Made by a program: the position numbers and the translations under genes. A model generated the notes under the pieces. That model made no database searches. It was not told the DNA's origin and worked only from the letters and a program-made list of their open reading frames with translations. From Amphiscolops sp. MND2022 (Eukaryota): a DNA stretch of 64,000 nt. The stretch lies in the NCBI GenBank assembly GCA_964187785.1, contig OZ076409.1, positions 72,542,001 to 72,606,000 of the forward strand, read 5' to 3'. Shown in pieces: positions 10,803 through 25,493 of this stretch. Every line of letters starts with the position of its first letter. Within the stretch, counting starts at the first letter, position 1.

Positions 10803-12787
10803 GTGGGCGGGGGTAATTCCCCAACAAAAATTACGGCCGGCGGGTTGGGTCCTGCCGGACGTCAAATAGCAAAGAATATCTAGTAGGAAACGGCGACACA
10901 GAATCGCGATTTTTAAATCTAACCACAATTTTTTGGACTTGGAGTGCATGCGGCCCTGAAATGCCCATACGAATCGAAGTTCCTGCTGACGTTAAGCGAT
11001 TGAAATAATATATAAAAAGTTATGGCCCATTTTTCGCTCACAAAGAAGGGTAAAATGAGGAAATTTTTAACAAAGTCGCTGATAACTCAAAATGTGTTAA
11101 TTTTTGGACATTGACGGTGAAACAAGCTCGGAACCTTCATTTCGTGGCTGTGGCATTGCACTGAACACAAAAGATGTAAAGTTTTTACATTTTTTGAAAA
11201 TTCGAAATTTTTGAAATTTTTTTCACTACTATCAGTACCCCATATGTCAAAAACGCCTCAGAAAAATTTTTTTATTTGCTTTAAATTGGAAACCTTGGTA
11301 TCCATGGTTTCTGTCGGATCCTACTCGCAGTCAAACACCCAACAGTTTGCATCCAATGTGGAAATAAAAAATTTTTCGGGGTCATAAGCGTTTCACAAGG
11401 ATTTCTCAACTTAGTTTCAATTTACAAATTGGTCACATTGAACACATTATTTTCATCGAAGCGCGTCAGATACCGCCCTAAAGCTCACGAACGGTCCTAC
11501 TGGCAACGTAGCAACCATTTATAGTAATATAAAAGATTAAAAAAATTTTTTCACCCGGTCTTCAGTCATTTTTCAGTCATTCGGAACTTAACTTAGAAAA
11601 ATTTCGACCGAAATATCCATTTTTTGTCAGGTCGAAAAATCAAATTCAGATTTTTAAGCAAAATTATTAACTCTGACGTAACTCATGGGGCCCATGATAC
11701 TCAAAACAACGATTGACACTGGTATCAATGGCTCCAATAACATATGAGCCGCGATCGGACGTTATTTTGAGCAATACGTCTCAATTGAGGTAAAGATCTC
11801 GCAAGCCAGCGATCACTGTCAAATGTGATTTCATCAAAAATTTACTCATTTTTGTCAATCATTATGTGCACAGAATGCGTAGGGTGCGTTTCAGCACTAT
11901 AATGAGATTTTTCAATGCATCGAGTTGCTCAAGGGGTGGTACGAGACATTTTTGTCCCATATACTACTGTATTTTCCAAAATTTTTAGCCCAATATCTGG
12001 AAATACAAACTTGACAAAATACTTTCAACTACTTTATTCAAAGGTTACAATATAGATGAACACTGTGGTTGATCAGAAACTTTCATCTCTTTCGTTTTCC
12101 GAAATATTTTCCTTCGCATGTGTTATATTTGTATCAGAAAAAAAATCGAAACTGAAAAATACGCTATTTTGCTAATATAGAATCGCAATGATTGTGCCTA
12201 AAAACTCCTTAAACACTTCTAACGCAACCTTACGCACCCAAAATGATCGAAAATGCTATTCACAATGGTGACATGTGCTCTTTCAACGATCCTGGCTGGA
12301 CAAGGTTTGCATATTTTTCAAGTACCTGTCAGCTGAATCTTGTGATAGCCTTTTAAGTTGGCCTTGTGTCAACTTGGGAAGGCTATCACATCAAACAACC
12401 ATCAACAAAAACAATTTTTGTTTATTGGATATTACAGTTGATACCTTATTTCGTGATTCTATACTACCGTTAGTATATTCCATGAGGTCACCTTACGATT
12501 GCATTCAGACTTTGATGAAAACCTATGAACTCAAAGTCACATTTATATATTTTTTGCCCAAAAAAATCATCAAAAACATCTAATATATATAAAATTGAGT
12601 CTTTAACTTTTTTACGTTTCAAGTTTCGGCCGTTATTAGGCCAATCAACTTCCTACAGCCACGCTCTCTGTCATACTGTACAACGCCACATAGTGTTGCG
12701 ACGTGCACGGTCTGTGGGCATGCCGAGGCATGCCCTTCGACGACGTATGCCGAATACCGCGGGCCTACGCCCGCGCTCCCCGGCTAG
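10803..12787 (+). mobile_element. Unit 6, ~2-kb family (1985 bp); near-identical to unit 18
   Basis: Shares diagnostic variants with 42365-44349 (AAGCTCGGAACC, GGATCCTACTCGCAGTC, GCGCGTCAGATAC, GCGATCGGACG). Confidence 0.6.
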
Positions 12788-15023
12788 GTGGGCGGGGGTA
12801 ATTCCCCAACTAAAAAATCGGCCGGCGGGTAGGGTCCTGCCGGCCGTCCAAAATCAAAAATATACTAGTAGAAAACGGCCGGTCAAACGAGCTATTTTTT
12901 TATTTAACCGTTAGAATTTGGGTTTAGATTGCATGCGGCCATGAAATGGCCATACGAATCGAAGTTCCTGCTGACGTTTTGCGATTGAAACACTTTATAA
13001 AAAGTTATGGCCAATTTGTCATTCACCTAGAAGGGCAAAATGAGGAAAATTTTAACAAAGTCACTGATAACTCAAAATGTAATAATTTTTGGACTTTGAC
13101 AGTGATACAAGCTTGGAACTGTCATTTCGTGGCTGTGGCATTGCACTGAACACAAAAGATGTAAAGTTTTCACATTTTTTGAAAATTCGACATTTTTGAA
13201 TTTTTTTTCACTACTATCAGTACACTATATGTCAAAAACGCCTCTGAAAAAAATTTTTATTTGCTTAAAATTAGAAACCTTGGTATCCATGGTTTCCGTC
13301 AGTACCTACTCGCCGCCAAACGCTCAACAGTTTGCATTCAATGTGAAAATATAATTTTTTTCGAGGTCATAGGTGTTTCACAAGGATTTCTCAACTTAGT
13401 ATCTATTTACAAATTGGTCATTTTGAACACATTATTTTCATCGAAGCGTGTCAGATACCACCCTAATGCTCACGAATGGGCCTACTGGCAACGTTGGAAC
13501 CATTTTTAGTAATAGAAAGTATTAAAAAAATATTTTCACCCGGTCTTCAGTCATTTTTCAGACATTCGGTACTTAACTTAGAAAAATTTCGCATCAAAAA
13601 CCCATATTTGGTAGGGTCGAAATTTGAAATTCAGTTTTTTATGCAAAATTATTAACTCTGACGTAACCAGTGGAGCCCATGATACTCAAAAACACGATTG
13701 GGACTGGTATCAGTGGCTCCAATAACATATGAGCCGCGATAAGACGTTATTCAGAGCAAACGCTCTAAATCGAAGTAAACATCTCTGAAGCCTGGGATCA
13801 CAGTGAAATGTGATATCACCAAAAGTTTACTCTTTTTTGTCAATCACTATGTACACAGAGTGCGTAGGGTGAGTTTCAGGACTATAATGAGGTTTTTGAA
13901 GTAATCGCGCTGCTCAAGGGGTGGTATGAGACTATTTTTTCCCATATACTACTACATTTCCATAAATTTGCAGTCCATTGTCCTGGAAAGATAACTTCAC
14001 AAAAACAATTTTTCTACTCTATTCAGTTATTAGAATAAAGTTGAACACTGTGGTTGATCAGAAATGCTCAATTCTTTTGGTTTTTAAAAAAATTCCTTCG
14101 CATTCGTTACATTTGTGGAAGGAAGGTTATCAGTAGCTCCAAAAAAAAACGAAATTTAGCACGAACAGACATGCAACGATGCAAAGCAAAAACGTTTTTA
14201 CAACTTCCGACGTCATTATTTTACCCAAGAAGTTCGAAAATATCATTCGCAATGCTGTCATTCGCTATATATACGATCGCGGTCTATTTACAAACATTTA
14301 GATTTCATTGTTCTGCTTGAAAACCAATTTTTGTCAGGTCGAAATTTTAAATTTTGCCTGGGGAGCAATACCCTTCACGCTGAAGTAAACAGTGGGGCCC
14401 AAGTTACTCAAAAACAAGAAAGAGACTGCTACAATATGTCCTAATAACATATGGACCACGATAGTACGTTTTTCACACAAAAAACTCTCATCCGAAGTAA
14501 ATATGTTGAAAGCTTTTAATCACCGTGAGAAGTGATTTCATCAAAAAATAACTCTTTTTTGTCAATCACTATTTACACAGAATTTGTAAAGTTAGTTTGA
14601 GTCATGAAATGAGGCTTTACCGTAATATGGGTTGCTCAAGGTGTTATATAAGACAAAAACTTCCTCTTTTCTACTAGCTTCTTCAAATATTTCAACCCTT
14701 TGTCACAATAAGTTAATATTCAAAATCTCTTTGAAATGTATCTTTATGTTGGGGTGAAGTCTAAGAACAATAACTATGATCGAAGAATGCTAGTACTGGT
14801 GTTTGAACCATGTCCGGATGAACAAATCACAAAATCATCAAAAAATTGTTCCCTTTTTTGGTTATTTTGGCAGTACTAAAAATGTTAGCCGATAAATAAT
14901 TTTTTCGATGGCACCATTGGATTCCTCTCAAAAAGTTGGTTATATGACCTGTGTAATAACCCCGTATCTTTTCAATTTAAATATATTTAAAAAGCCAACT
15001 ATTTTGACCAAAATCCTAAAAAT

Positions 15024-16365
15024 CATACCATTTCCTAAAAATTTTCAAATGCACCCCATTTGACGTATAAGATAAGCACAGAAAACTATCATATACCGAT
15101 CAACTCTACTCCTATTGTAGATTATTAGAATTTTGTTAAGAATGAATTTTGATGAATATTAAAAAAATTTTGAACCCTCCAAAAATGGGCCAAAATTACA
15201 CGAAAAAATTGACCTTAAAATACCAAAATGTCAAAAAATCATCAAAACCCAGGCTTCTTGGGGTTCTATCAACTCCGCGTGGTCCACAGAGTATGCTAAA
15301 ACAGGTTTTACCCGTTTTTGAGCAATATGTGAAAAAGCCGACATTTTTGGGAAAGAAAAACATACCATTTCCTAAAAAAATTCAAATGCACGTCATTTGC
15401 CGTATTAGAATAGCACAGAAAACTATCACATACCAATCAACTCTACTTTTATTGCAGATGAACAGAATTTTGTTTAGAATAAATTTTACCGGATAATAAA
15501 AAAATTTGAATCCTTCAAAAATGGGCCAAAAATACACGAAAAAATGGACCTTAAAAATTTAAAATGTCAAAAAATCATCAAAACAACAGCTTCTTGGGGT
15601 TCTATCAACTCCACGAGGTCCACAGAGTATGCTAAAACAGGTTTTACCCGTTTTTGAGCAATATGTGAAAAAGCCGACATTTTTGGGAAAGAAAAACATA
15701 CCATTTCCTAAAAAAATTCAAATGCACGCCATTTGCCGTATGAAAATAGCACAGAAAACTATCACATACCAATCAACTCTACTTTCATTGCAGATGAACA
15801 GAATTTTGTTTAGAATAAACTTTACCGGATAATAAAAAAATTTGATTCCTTCTAAAATGGGCCAAAATTACACGAAAAAATGGACCTTAAAATTTTAAAA
15901 TGTCAAAAAATCATCAAAACCACGGCTTCTTGGGGTTCTATCAACTCCACGTGGTCCACAGAGTATGCTTAACCCGGTTTTACCCATCTTTGAGCAAAAT
16001 GTGAAAATACCGACATTTTTGGAAAAGAAAAACATGCCATTTTCTAATAAATTTCAAATGCACGCCATTTGCTGTATGAGAATTACACAGAAAGCTGTCA
16101 CATACCGATCAACTCTACTTCCATTGTAGATTATCAGAAGTTTGTTTAGAATAAATTTTGAAGGATAATAAAAAAATTTGAATCCATCAAAAATGGGCCA
16201 AAATTACACGAAAAAATTGACCTTAAAATATCAAAATGTCAAAAAATCATCAAAACCACAATTTCTTGGCGTTCTATCAACTCCATATGATACCAAACCA
16301 GGTACTGCCAATCGTTTGAGTTATAATAAAAAAACGTCTTTTTTGGCAAGAATTCCATACCATAA
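15024..16365 (+). repeat. Internal tandem repeat, ~4 x 336 bp (unit 7)
   Basis: CATACCATTTCCTAAAA anchor at 15024, 15361, 15697 and 16033; last copy degenerate. Confidence 0.9.
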
Positions 16366-16574
16366 ATAATAATCATGTTCCATATAAGAAGCGAATCATT
16401 TCAGATATATACCCTGTTCATTTTTTTAATATTACCGATTATTAATTTAATAGATGTTTTGAATGTGAGCTTCCTAAAAGGTTTAGGTGTGATGATACGT
16501 AAATAGAACCTTAGTTTCATCGAAATCTCAATTGAATATGTCCAATCTTAACCATCAGATAACAAGAAACACTT

Positions 16575-16617
16575 AAGTACATTCCATCTCCCCATCGGGG
16601 GAGATGAGAATGTACTT
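16575..16617 (+). other. Internal hairpin type II (representative copy)
   Basis: AAGTACATTC-CATCTCCCC-ATCG-GGGGAGATG-A-GAATGTACTT with one bulged A; also at 5146, 29279, 34049, 48142 and 52913. Confidence 0.85.
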
Positions 16618-17549
16618 TCGAGAAGCCAAATACGTCCAACATTCAAACTTTTGTAACTTTGTATGTAACTCCTGAAACGAAGAAGGAATAAAATTGTTTC
16701 TGGTACATACATGAGTCTTTACTTCAGCTTCTATTTCTGCTGAACAAAACCATTCGACTCTTTTGCCGGAGTTAAGATCGATTGTATTACCCAGTGAACA
16801 AAGGCATGACTGAAAACGTTTACTACTTTGTTCATAATTTTCCGGCCTTCCGAAATGATGAAACGTCCACATAACTAAGATAGCAAGTGAATGACTGCGA
16901 AATGCACCTTATTAGATGAGGTAAATAACGTGTAAAACTCTCCTTTATCCTAACATGAGGTTGAGTAATGATCATTTGAGAATAGTTTGATATGTGAATA
17001 CAATAGTATAAAACAAGTACATTTTATATGAATAACGCCGTGGAAAGCGTTCAGAAAGGACATTAGGCTTGTTTGGAACATGTATGTGTGGTGTCCCTTG
17101 GTGGCGTTCGCTTAGTGTATATGTCGAGGGGTATTCGAGTTGTTATGATAGAATTTACACACAAGTCTTTTGTTTTTTGGTTTTTTTAAAATGTCGTTAA
17201 GTACCTGCATTCTATCCCCTTCTCAGAGATGACGTGAAGTTACGTTTGCTAAATAAATGTCATCGAAAGATCACACTCCCGACGAAATTAACTATCTTAA
17301 CACGTGTTTAGAATTTTAAATAAACAACCGTATAAGATTTTTATATTTCATTGAGTTTGATGAAGTCTTTTGTTCTTCTCACTACTATTTCAACCAATAC
17401 ACATATCCGTTACCATATCACATGTCTCCATTAGTACAACGCCACATAGCGTTCCGACGCCCACAGTCTGTGGGCATGCCGAGGCATGCCCTTCGACGAC
17501 GTATGGCAAATGGAGCCATGCCCGCCGTCTTTACGGCGGTAGCGGCTAG

Positions 17550-19530
17550 GTGGGCGGGGGTAATTCCCCTTCAAAAAATTCGGCCGGCGGGTTGGGTCCT
17601 GCCGGACGTCAAATAGTGTGAAACATCCAGTAGGAAACGGCGACATAAATCAGCGATTTTAAAATTTAACCGTTAGAATTCGGACTTGGAGTGCATACGG
17701 CCCCAAAATACCCATACGAATCGAAGTTCCTGCTGACGTTAAGCGATAAAAACACTTTATAAAAAGTTATGGCCCATTTTACGTTCACTTAGAGAGGTAA
17801 AATGAGGAAAATTTTAACAAAGTTGCTGATAACTCAAAATACATTAATTTTTGGACATTGACTGTGAAACAAGCTTGGAACCTTCATTTCGTGACTGTGG
17901 CATTACACTGAACACAGAAGATGTAAAGTTTTTACATTTTTTGAAAATTCGACATTTTTCAAATTTTTTTCACTACTATCAGTACCCCATATGTCAAAAA
18001 CACCTCAGAAAAAATTTTTTATTTGCTTTAAATTGGAAACCTTGGTATCCATGGTTTCTGTCGGAACCTACTCGCAGCCAAACACCCAACAGTTTGCATC
18101 AAATGTGAATTAAAAATTTTTTTCGAGGTCATAAGGGTTTCACAAGGTTTTCATAACTTAGTATTAAACTACAAACTGGTCATTTTCAACATAATATCTT
18201 TGTCGAGGCATGTCGGATATAGTCCTATTGCTCACGAACGGTCCTACTGGCAACGTAATAACCATTTATAGAAATGTAAAGTTATAAAAAAAATTTTCAC
18301 CCGGTCTTCAGTCATTTTTCAGTCATTCGGAACTTAACTTAGAAAAATTTCGACCAAAATATCCATTTTTTGTCAGGTCGAAAAATCAAATTCAGATTTT
18401 TTAGCAAAATTATTAACTCTGACGTAACCCATGGTGCCCATGATACTCAAAACAACGATTGACACTGGTATCAATGGCTCCAATAACATATGAGTCGCGA
18501 TAAGACGTTATTTTGAGCATTACGTCTCAATTGAGGTAAAGATCTCGCAAGCCAGCGATCACTGTGAAATGTGATTTCATCAAAAATTTACTCTTTTTTG
18601 TCAATCACTATGTGCACAGATTGCGTAGGGTGCGTTTCAGCACTATAATGAGGTTTTTGAAGGCATCGAGTTGCTCAAGGGGTGGTATGAGACATTTTTG
18701 TCCCATATACTACTGTATTTTCCAAAATTTTTAGCCCAATATCTGGAAATACAAACTTGACAAAATACTTTCAACTACTTTATTCAAAGGTTACAATATA
18801 GATGAACACTGTGGTTGATCAGAAACTTTCATCTCTTTCGTTTTCCGAAATATTTCCCTTCGCATGTGTTACATTCGTAGCAGAAAAAAAATCGAAACTG
18901 AAAAATACGCAATTTTGCTAATATAGAATCGCAATGATTGTGCCTAAAAACTCTTTAAACACTTCTAACGCAACCTTACGCACCCAAAATGATCGAAAAT
19001 GCTATTCACAATGGTGACATGTGCTCTTTCTACGATCCTGGCTGGACAAGGTTTGCATATTTTTCAAGTACCTGTCAGCTAAATCTTGTGATAGCCTTTT
19101 CAGTTGGCCTTGTGTCAACTTGGGAAGGCTATCACATCAAAAAACCATCAACAAAAGTAATTTTTGTTTATTGGATCTTACAGTCGATACTTTTTTTCGT
19201 GATTCTATACTACCGTTAGTATATTTCCTCAGGTCACCTTACAATTGCATTCAGTCTTTGATAAAAACCTATGAACTCAAAGTCACATTTATATATTTTT
19301 TTGCCAAAAAAAACATCAAAAACATCTAAAATATATAAAATAGAGTCTTTAACATTTTTACGTTTCAAGTTTCTGCCGTTATTAGGCCAATCAACGTCCT
19401 AGAGCCCATCCTGTCATACTGTACAACGCCACATAGTGTTGCGACGTGCACAGTCTGTGGGCATGCCGAGGCATGCCCTTCGACGACGTATGCCGAATAC
19501 CGCGGGCCTACGCCCGCGCTCCCCGGCTAG
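17550..19530 (+). mobile_element. Unit 8, ~2-kb family (1981 bp)
   Basis: Junction to junction; head like units 4/14, 3' part like units 1/10. Confidence 0.6.
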
Positions 19531-21522
19531 GTGGGCGGGGGTAATTCCCCAACAAAAAAATCGGCCGGCGGGTCGGGTCCTGCCGGCCGTCCAAAATCAA
19601 AATCCTCCTAGTAGAAAACGGCATGTCAAACGAGCTATTTTTTTATTTAACCATACGAATTTCACCATTTTTTGCATGCGGCCCTGAAATGGCCATACGA
19701 GACGAAGTTCCTGCTGACGTTTTGCGATGTAAATGTTTTATATAAAGTTGTGGCCGATTTGTCACTTACCTAGAAGGGCAAAATGAGGAAAATTTTTACA
19801 AAGTCGCTGATAACTCAAAATGTGGTAATTTTTGGACTTTGACTGTGAAACAAGCTTGGAACCTTCATTTCGTGGCTGTGGCATTGCATTGAACACAAAA
19901 GATGTAAGGTTTTTACATTTTTTGAAAATTCGACATTTTTGAAAATTTTTTCACTACTATCAGTACCCCATATGTCAAAAACACCTCAGAAAAAAATTTT
20001 TATTTGCTTTAAATTGAAAACCTTGGTAGCCATGGTTTCTGTCGGAACATACTCGCTGCCAAACACCCAACAGTTTGCATCCAGTGTGAATTTAAAAATT
20101 TTTTCGAGGTCTTAGGTGTTTCACAAGGATTTCTCAACTTAGTATCAAATTACAAATTGGTCATTTTAAACACATTATTTTCATCGAAGCGTGTCAGATA
20201 CCGCCCTAATGCTCACGAACGGGCCTACTGGCAACGTTGAAACAATTTATCGTAATAGAAAGTTTTGAAAAAAATTTTTCACCCGGTCTTCAGTCATTTT
20301 TCACACATTCGGAACTTAACTTAGAAAAATTTCAACCGAAAAACCCATTTTTTGTCAGGTCGAAAATTCGAAGTCAGATTTTTAAGCAAAATTATCAACT
20401 CTGACGTAACCAGTGGGGCCCATGATACTCAAAACAACGATTGGGGTTGGTACCAATGGCTCCAATAACATATGAGTCGCGATAAGACGTTATTTTGAGC
20501 AATATGTCTCAATTGAGTTAAAGATCTCGCCAACCAGTGATCACTGTGAAATGTAAATTCATTAAAAATTTACTCATTTTCGTCAATCACCATGTGCACA
20601 GAGTGCGTAGGGTGAGTTCCAGCACTATAATGAGGTTTTTGAAGGCATCGGGTTGCTCAAGGGGTGGTATGAGACATTTTTTTCCTATATACTACTGTAT
20701 TTTCCAAAAGTTTTAGCCCATTATCTGGAAAAACTAACTTGACAAAATACTTTCAATAACTTTATTCAAAGGTTACAATGTAGATGAACCCAGTGGTTGA
20801 TCAAAAATTTTCATCTCTTTCGGTTTCCGAAATAATTCCCTTCGAATGTGTTACATTTGTAGCAGGAAAAAAACCGAAACTAAAAAATACGCGATTTTGC
20901 TGAGATAGAATCGCAATGGTTGCCCCTAAAATCTCTTTAAATACTTCTAACGCGACCTTATGGACCCAAAATGATTGAAAATGCCATTCACAATGCTGAC
21001 ATGTGCTCTTTCGACGATCCTGGCTAGACAAGTTTTGCATATTTTTCAAGTACCTGTTAACTGAATTTTGTGATAGCCTTTTAAGTTGGCCTTGTGTCAA
21101 CTTGGGAAGGCTATCACATCAAAAAACTTTCATCAAAAAGACTTTTTGTTTTTACAATAATGTAGTCGATAGTTATTTTCGTGATTTTACAATACCGTTA
21201 GTACCTTCCGCCAGGTCAGCTGACGATTGCATGCTGTCTTTGATAAAAACGTATGAACACCAAGAAAATTTTGTTGTATTTTTGTTGAAGAAAAGTATTA
21301 ATAAATAATAAAAATATAATTCTAACCTTAAACAACTATAAATTTGCTTAACCGTTATTAGTCCTACCATCTATCATCAGCCTATGCCATGGCCCGGTGA
21401 TTAGTAGTACAACGCCACATAAAGTAGCGACGCCCACAGTCTGTGGGCATGCCGAGGCATGCCCTTCGACGACGTATGGCAATTTTAGCGTAGCCCGCGG
21501 TCACTACCGCGGTAGCAGCTAG
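19531..21522 (+). mobile_element. Unit 9, ~2-kb family (1992 bp)
   Basis: Head like units 16/20; tail CCGCGGT-CACT-ACCGCGG-TAGCAGCTAG like unit 22. Confidence 0.6.
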
Positions 21523-23506
21523 GTGGGCGGGGGTAATTCCCCAACAAAAATTACGGCCGGCGGGTTGGGTCCTGCCGGACGTCAAATAGCAAAGAATATC
21601 TAGTAGGAAACGGCGACACAGAATCGCGATTTTTAAATCTAACCACAATTTTTTGGACTTGGAGTGCATGCGGCCCTGAAATGTCCATACGAATCGAAGT
21701 TCCTGCTGACGTTAAGCGATTGAAATAATATATAAAAAGTTATGGCCCATTTTTCACTCACATAGAAGGGTAAAATGAGGAAATTTTTAACAAAGTCGCT
21801 GATAACTCAAAATGTGTTAATTTTTGGACATTGACTGTGAAACAAGCTTGGAACCTTCATTTCGTGGCGGTGGCATTGCACTAAACACAAAAGATGTAAA
21901 GTTTTTACATTTTTTGAAAATTCGACTTTTTTGAAATTTTTTTCACTACTATCAGTACCCCATATGTCAAAAACGCCTCAGAAAAAAATTTTTATTTGCT
22001 TTAAATTGGAAACCTTGGTATTCATGGTTTCTGTCGGAACCTACTCGCAGCCAAACACCCAACAGTTTGCATCCAAAGTGAAAATAAAATTTTTTTCGGG
22101 GTCATAAGCGTTTCACAAGGATTTCTCAACTTAGTATTAATTTACAAAATGGTCATTTTGAACACAATATTTTCATCGAGGCATGTCGGCTATAGTCCTA
22201 TTGCTCACGAACGGTCCTACTGGCAACGTAATAACCATTTATAGAAATGTAAAGTTATAAAAAAAATTTTTCACCCGGTCTTCAGTCATTTTTCAGTCAT
22301 TCGGAACTTAACTTAGAAAAATTTCGACCAAAATATCCATTTTTTGTCAGGTCGAAAAATCAAATTCAGATTTTTAAGCAAAATTATTAACTCTGACGTA
22401 ACCCATGGGGCCCATGATACTCAAAACAACGATTGACACTGGTATCAATGGCTCCAATAACATATGAGTCGCGATAAGACGTTATTTTGAGCATTACGTC
22501 TCAATTGAGGTAAAGATCTCGCAAGCCAGCGATCACTGTGAAATGTGATTTCATCAAAAATTTACTCTTTTTTGTCAATCACTATGTGCACAGAATGCGT
22601 AGGGTGCGTTTCAGCACTATAATGAGGTTTTTGAAGGCATCGAGTTGCTCAAGGGGTGGTATGAGACATATTTGTCCCATATACTACTGTATTTTCCAAA
22701 ATTTTTAACCCAATATCTGGAAATACCAACTTGACAAAATACTTTCAACTACTTTATTCAAAGGTTACAATATGGATGAACACTGTGGTTGATCAGAAAC
22801 TTTCATCTCTTTCGTTTTCCGAAATATTTCCTTTCGCATGTGTTACATTCGTAGCAGAAAAAAAAATCGAAACTGAAAAATACGCAATTTTGCTAATATA
22901 GAATCGCAATGATTGTGCCTAAAAACTCTTTAAACACTTCTAACGCAACCTTACGCACCCAAAATGATCGAAAATGCTATTCACAATGGTGACATGTGCT
23001 CTTTCTACGATCCTGGCTGGACAAGGTTTGCATATTTTTCAAGTACCTGTCAGCTAAATCTTGTGATAGCCTTTTCAGTTGGCCTTGTGTCAACTTGGGA
23101 AGGCTATCACATCAAAAAACCATCAACGAAAATAATTTTTGTCTATTGGATCTTACAGTCGATACTTTTTTTCGTGATTTTATACTACCGTTAGTATATT
23201 TCATCAGGTCACCTTACGATTGCATTCAGTCTTTGATAAAAACCTATGAACTCAAAGTCACATTTATATATTTTTTTGCCAAAAAAAACATCCAAAATAT
23301 CTAAAATATATAAAATAGAATCATTAACATTTTTACAGTTCAAGTTTCTGCCGTTATTAGGCCAATCAACGTCCTAGAGCCACATCCTGTCATACTGTAC
23401 AACGCCACAAAGTGTTGCGACGTGCACAGTCTGTGGGCATGCCGAGGCATGCCCTTCGACGACGTATGCCGAATACCGCGGGCCTACGCCCGCGCTCCCC
23501 GGCTAG
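21523..23506 (+). mobile_element. Unit 10, ~2-kb family (1984 bp)
   Basis: Junction to junction; colinear with the family. Confidence 0.6.
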
Positions 23507-25493
23507 GTGGGCGGGGGTAATTCCCCAACAAAAATTACGGCCGGCGGGTTGGGTCCTGCCGGACGTTCAAATAGCGCGAAGCATCTAGTAGAAAACAAGG
23601 AGTCCTGAAACAGCGATTTTAAAATTGAACCGTTAGAATTTGGTTTTAGATTGCATGCGGCCCTAAAATCCCCTTACGAATGGAAGTTCCTGCTGGCGTT
23701 AAGCGATTGAAATAATATATAAAAAGTTATGGCCCATTTTTGGGTCACCGAGAAGGTCAAAATGAAGAAAATTTAAACTAAGTTGCTGATAACTCAAAAT
23801 GTGTTAATTTTTGGACTTTGACTGTGAAACAAGCTTGGAACCTTCATTTCGTGGCTGTGGCATTGCACTGAACACAAAAGATGTAAAGTTTTCACATTTT
23901 TTGAAAATTCGACATTTTTGAATTTTTTTTCACTACTATCAGTACACTATATGTCAAAAACACCTCTGAAAAATTTTTTTATTTGCTTAAATTTAGAAAC
24001 CTCGGTATCCATGGTTTCCGTCAGTACCTACTCGCTGCGAAACACTCAACAGTTTGCATCCAATGTGAAAATAAAATTTTTTTCGAGGTCTTAGGTGTTT
24101 CACAAGGATTTCTCAACTTAGTATCAATTTACAAATTGGTCATTTTGAACACATTATTTTCATCGAAGCGTGTCATATACCGCCCTAATGCTCACGAACG
24201 GGCCTACTGGCAACGTTGGAACCATTTATAGTAATAAAAAGTTTTAAAAAAATTTTTTCACCCCGTCTTCAGTCATTTTACACACTTTCGGAACTTAACT
24301 TAGAAAAATTTCAACCAAAAACCCATTTTTTGTCAAGTCGAAAATTCATATTCAGCTTTTTAAGCAAAATAAATAAATCTGACATAACCAGTGGGGCCCA
24401 TGAAACTCAAAACCACGATTGAGACTGGTATCAATGGCTCCAATAACATATGAGTCGCGATAAGACGCTATTTTGAGCAAAACATCTCAATTGAGGTAAA
24501 GATCTCGCAAGCCAGCGATCACTGTGAAATGTGATTTCATCAAAAATTTACTCTTTTTTGTCAATCACTATGTGCACAGAATGCGTAGGGTGCGTTTCAG
24601 CACTATAATGAGGTTTTTGAAGGCATCGAGTTGCTCAAGGGGTGGTATGAGACATTTTTGTCCCATATACTACTGTAGTTTCCAAAATTTTAACCCCAAT
24701 ATCTGGAAATACAAACTTGACAAAATACTTTCAACTACTTTATTCAAAGGTTACAATATAGATGAACACTGTGGTTGATAAGAAACTTTCATCTCTTTCG
24801 TTTTCGGAAATATTTCCGTTCGCATGTGTTACATTCATAGCAGAAAAAAAAATCGAAACTGAAAAATACGCTATTTTGCTGATATAGAATCGCAATGATT
24901 GTGCCTAAAAACTCTTTAAACACTTCTAACGCAACCTTACGCACCCAAAATGATCGAAAATGCTATTCACAATGGTGACATGTGCTCTTTCTACGATCCT
25001 GGCTTGACAAGGTTTGCATATTTTTCAAGTACCTGTCAGCTAAATCTTGTGATAGCCTTTTCAGTTGGCCTTGTGTCAACTTGGGAAGGCTATCACATCA
25101 AAAAACCATCAACAAAAATAATTTTTGTTTATTGGATCTTACAGTCGATACTTTTTTTCGTGATTCTATACTACCGTTAGTATATTTCATCAGGTCACCT
25201 TACGATTGCATTCAGTCTTTGATAAAAACCTATGAACTCAAAGTCACATTTATATATTTTTTTGCCAAAAAAACATCAAAAATATCTAAATTATATAAAA
25301 TAGAGTCTTTAACATTTTTACGTTTCAAGTTTTTGCCGTTATTAGGCCAATCAACGTCCTAGAGCCACATCCTGCCACATACTGTACAACGCCACATAGT
25401 GTTGCGACGTGCACAGTCTGTGGGCATGCCGAGGCATGCCCTTCGACGACGTATGCCGAATACCGCGGGCCTACGCCCGCGCTCCCCGGCTAG
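23507..25493 (+). mobile_element. Unit 11, ~2-kb family (1987 bp); near-identical to unit 1
   Basis: Same head (GGACGTTCAAATAGCGCGAAGC) and body variants as 2191-4177. Confidence 0.6.

Larger units (their letters stand above)
12788..17549 (+). mobile_element. Unit 7, long family subtype L1 (4762 bp); near-identical to unit 12
   Basis: 2-kb-family-like 5' part, internal duplication, ~4 x 336-bp repeats, type II hairpin 16575-16617, tail CCGCCGT-CTTT-ACGGCGG-TAGCGGCTAG. Confidence 0.6.

Noticed and set aside
16573..16872. Minus-strand ORF similar between long subtypes L1 and L2 (WTFH..GRPE...WFCSAEI)
   Set aside because: The ORF track shows no equivalent ORF in this frame in subtype L3 (~48150-48450), the ORF ends differ between L1 and L2, and the similarity is what nucleotide homology alone would give.
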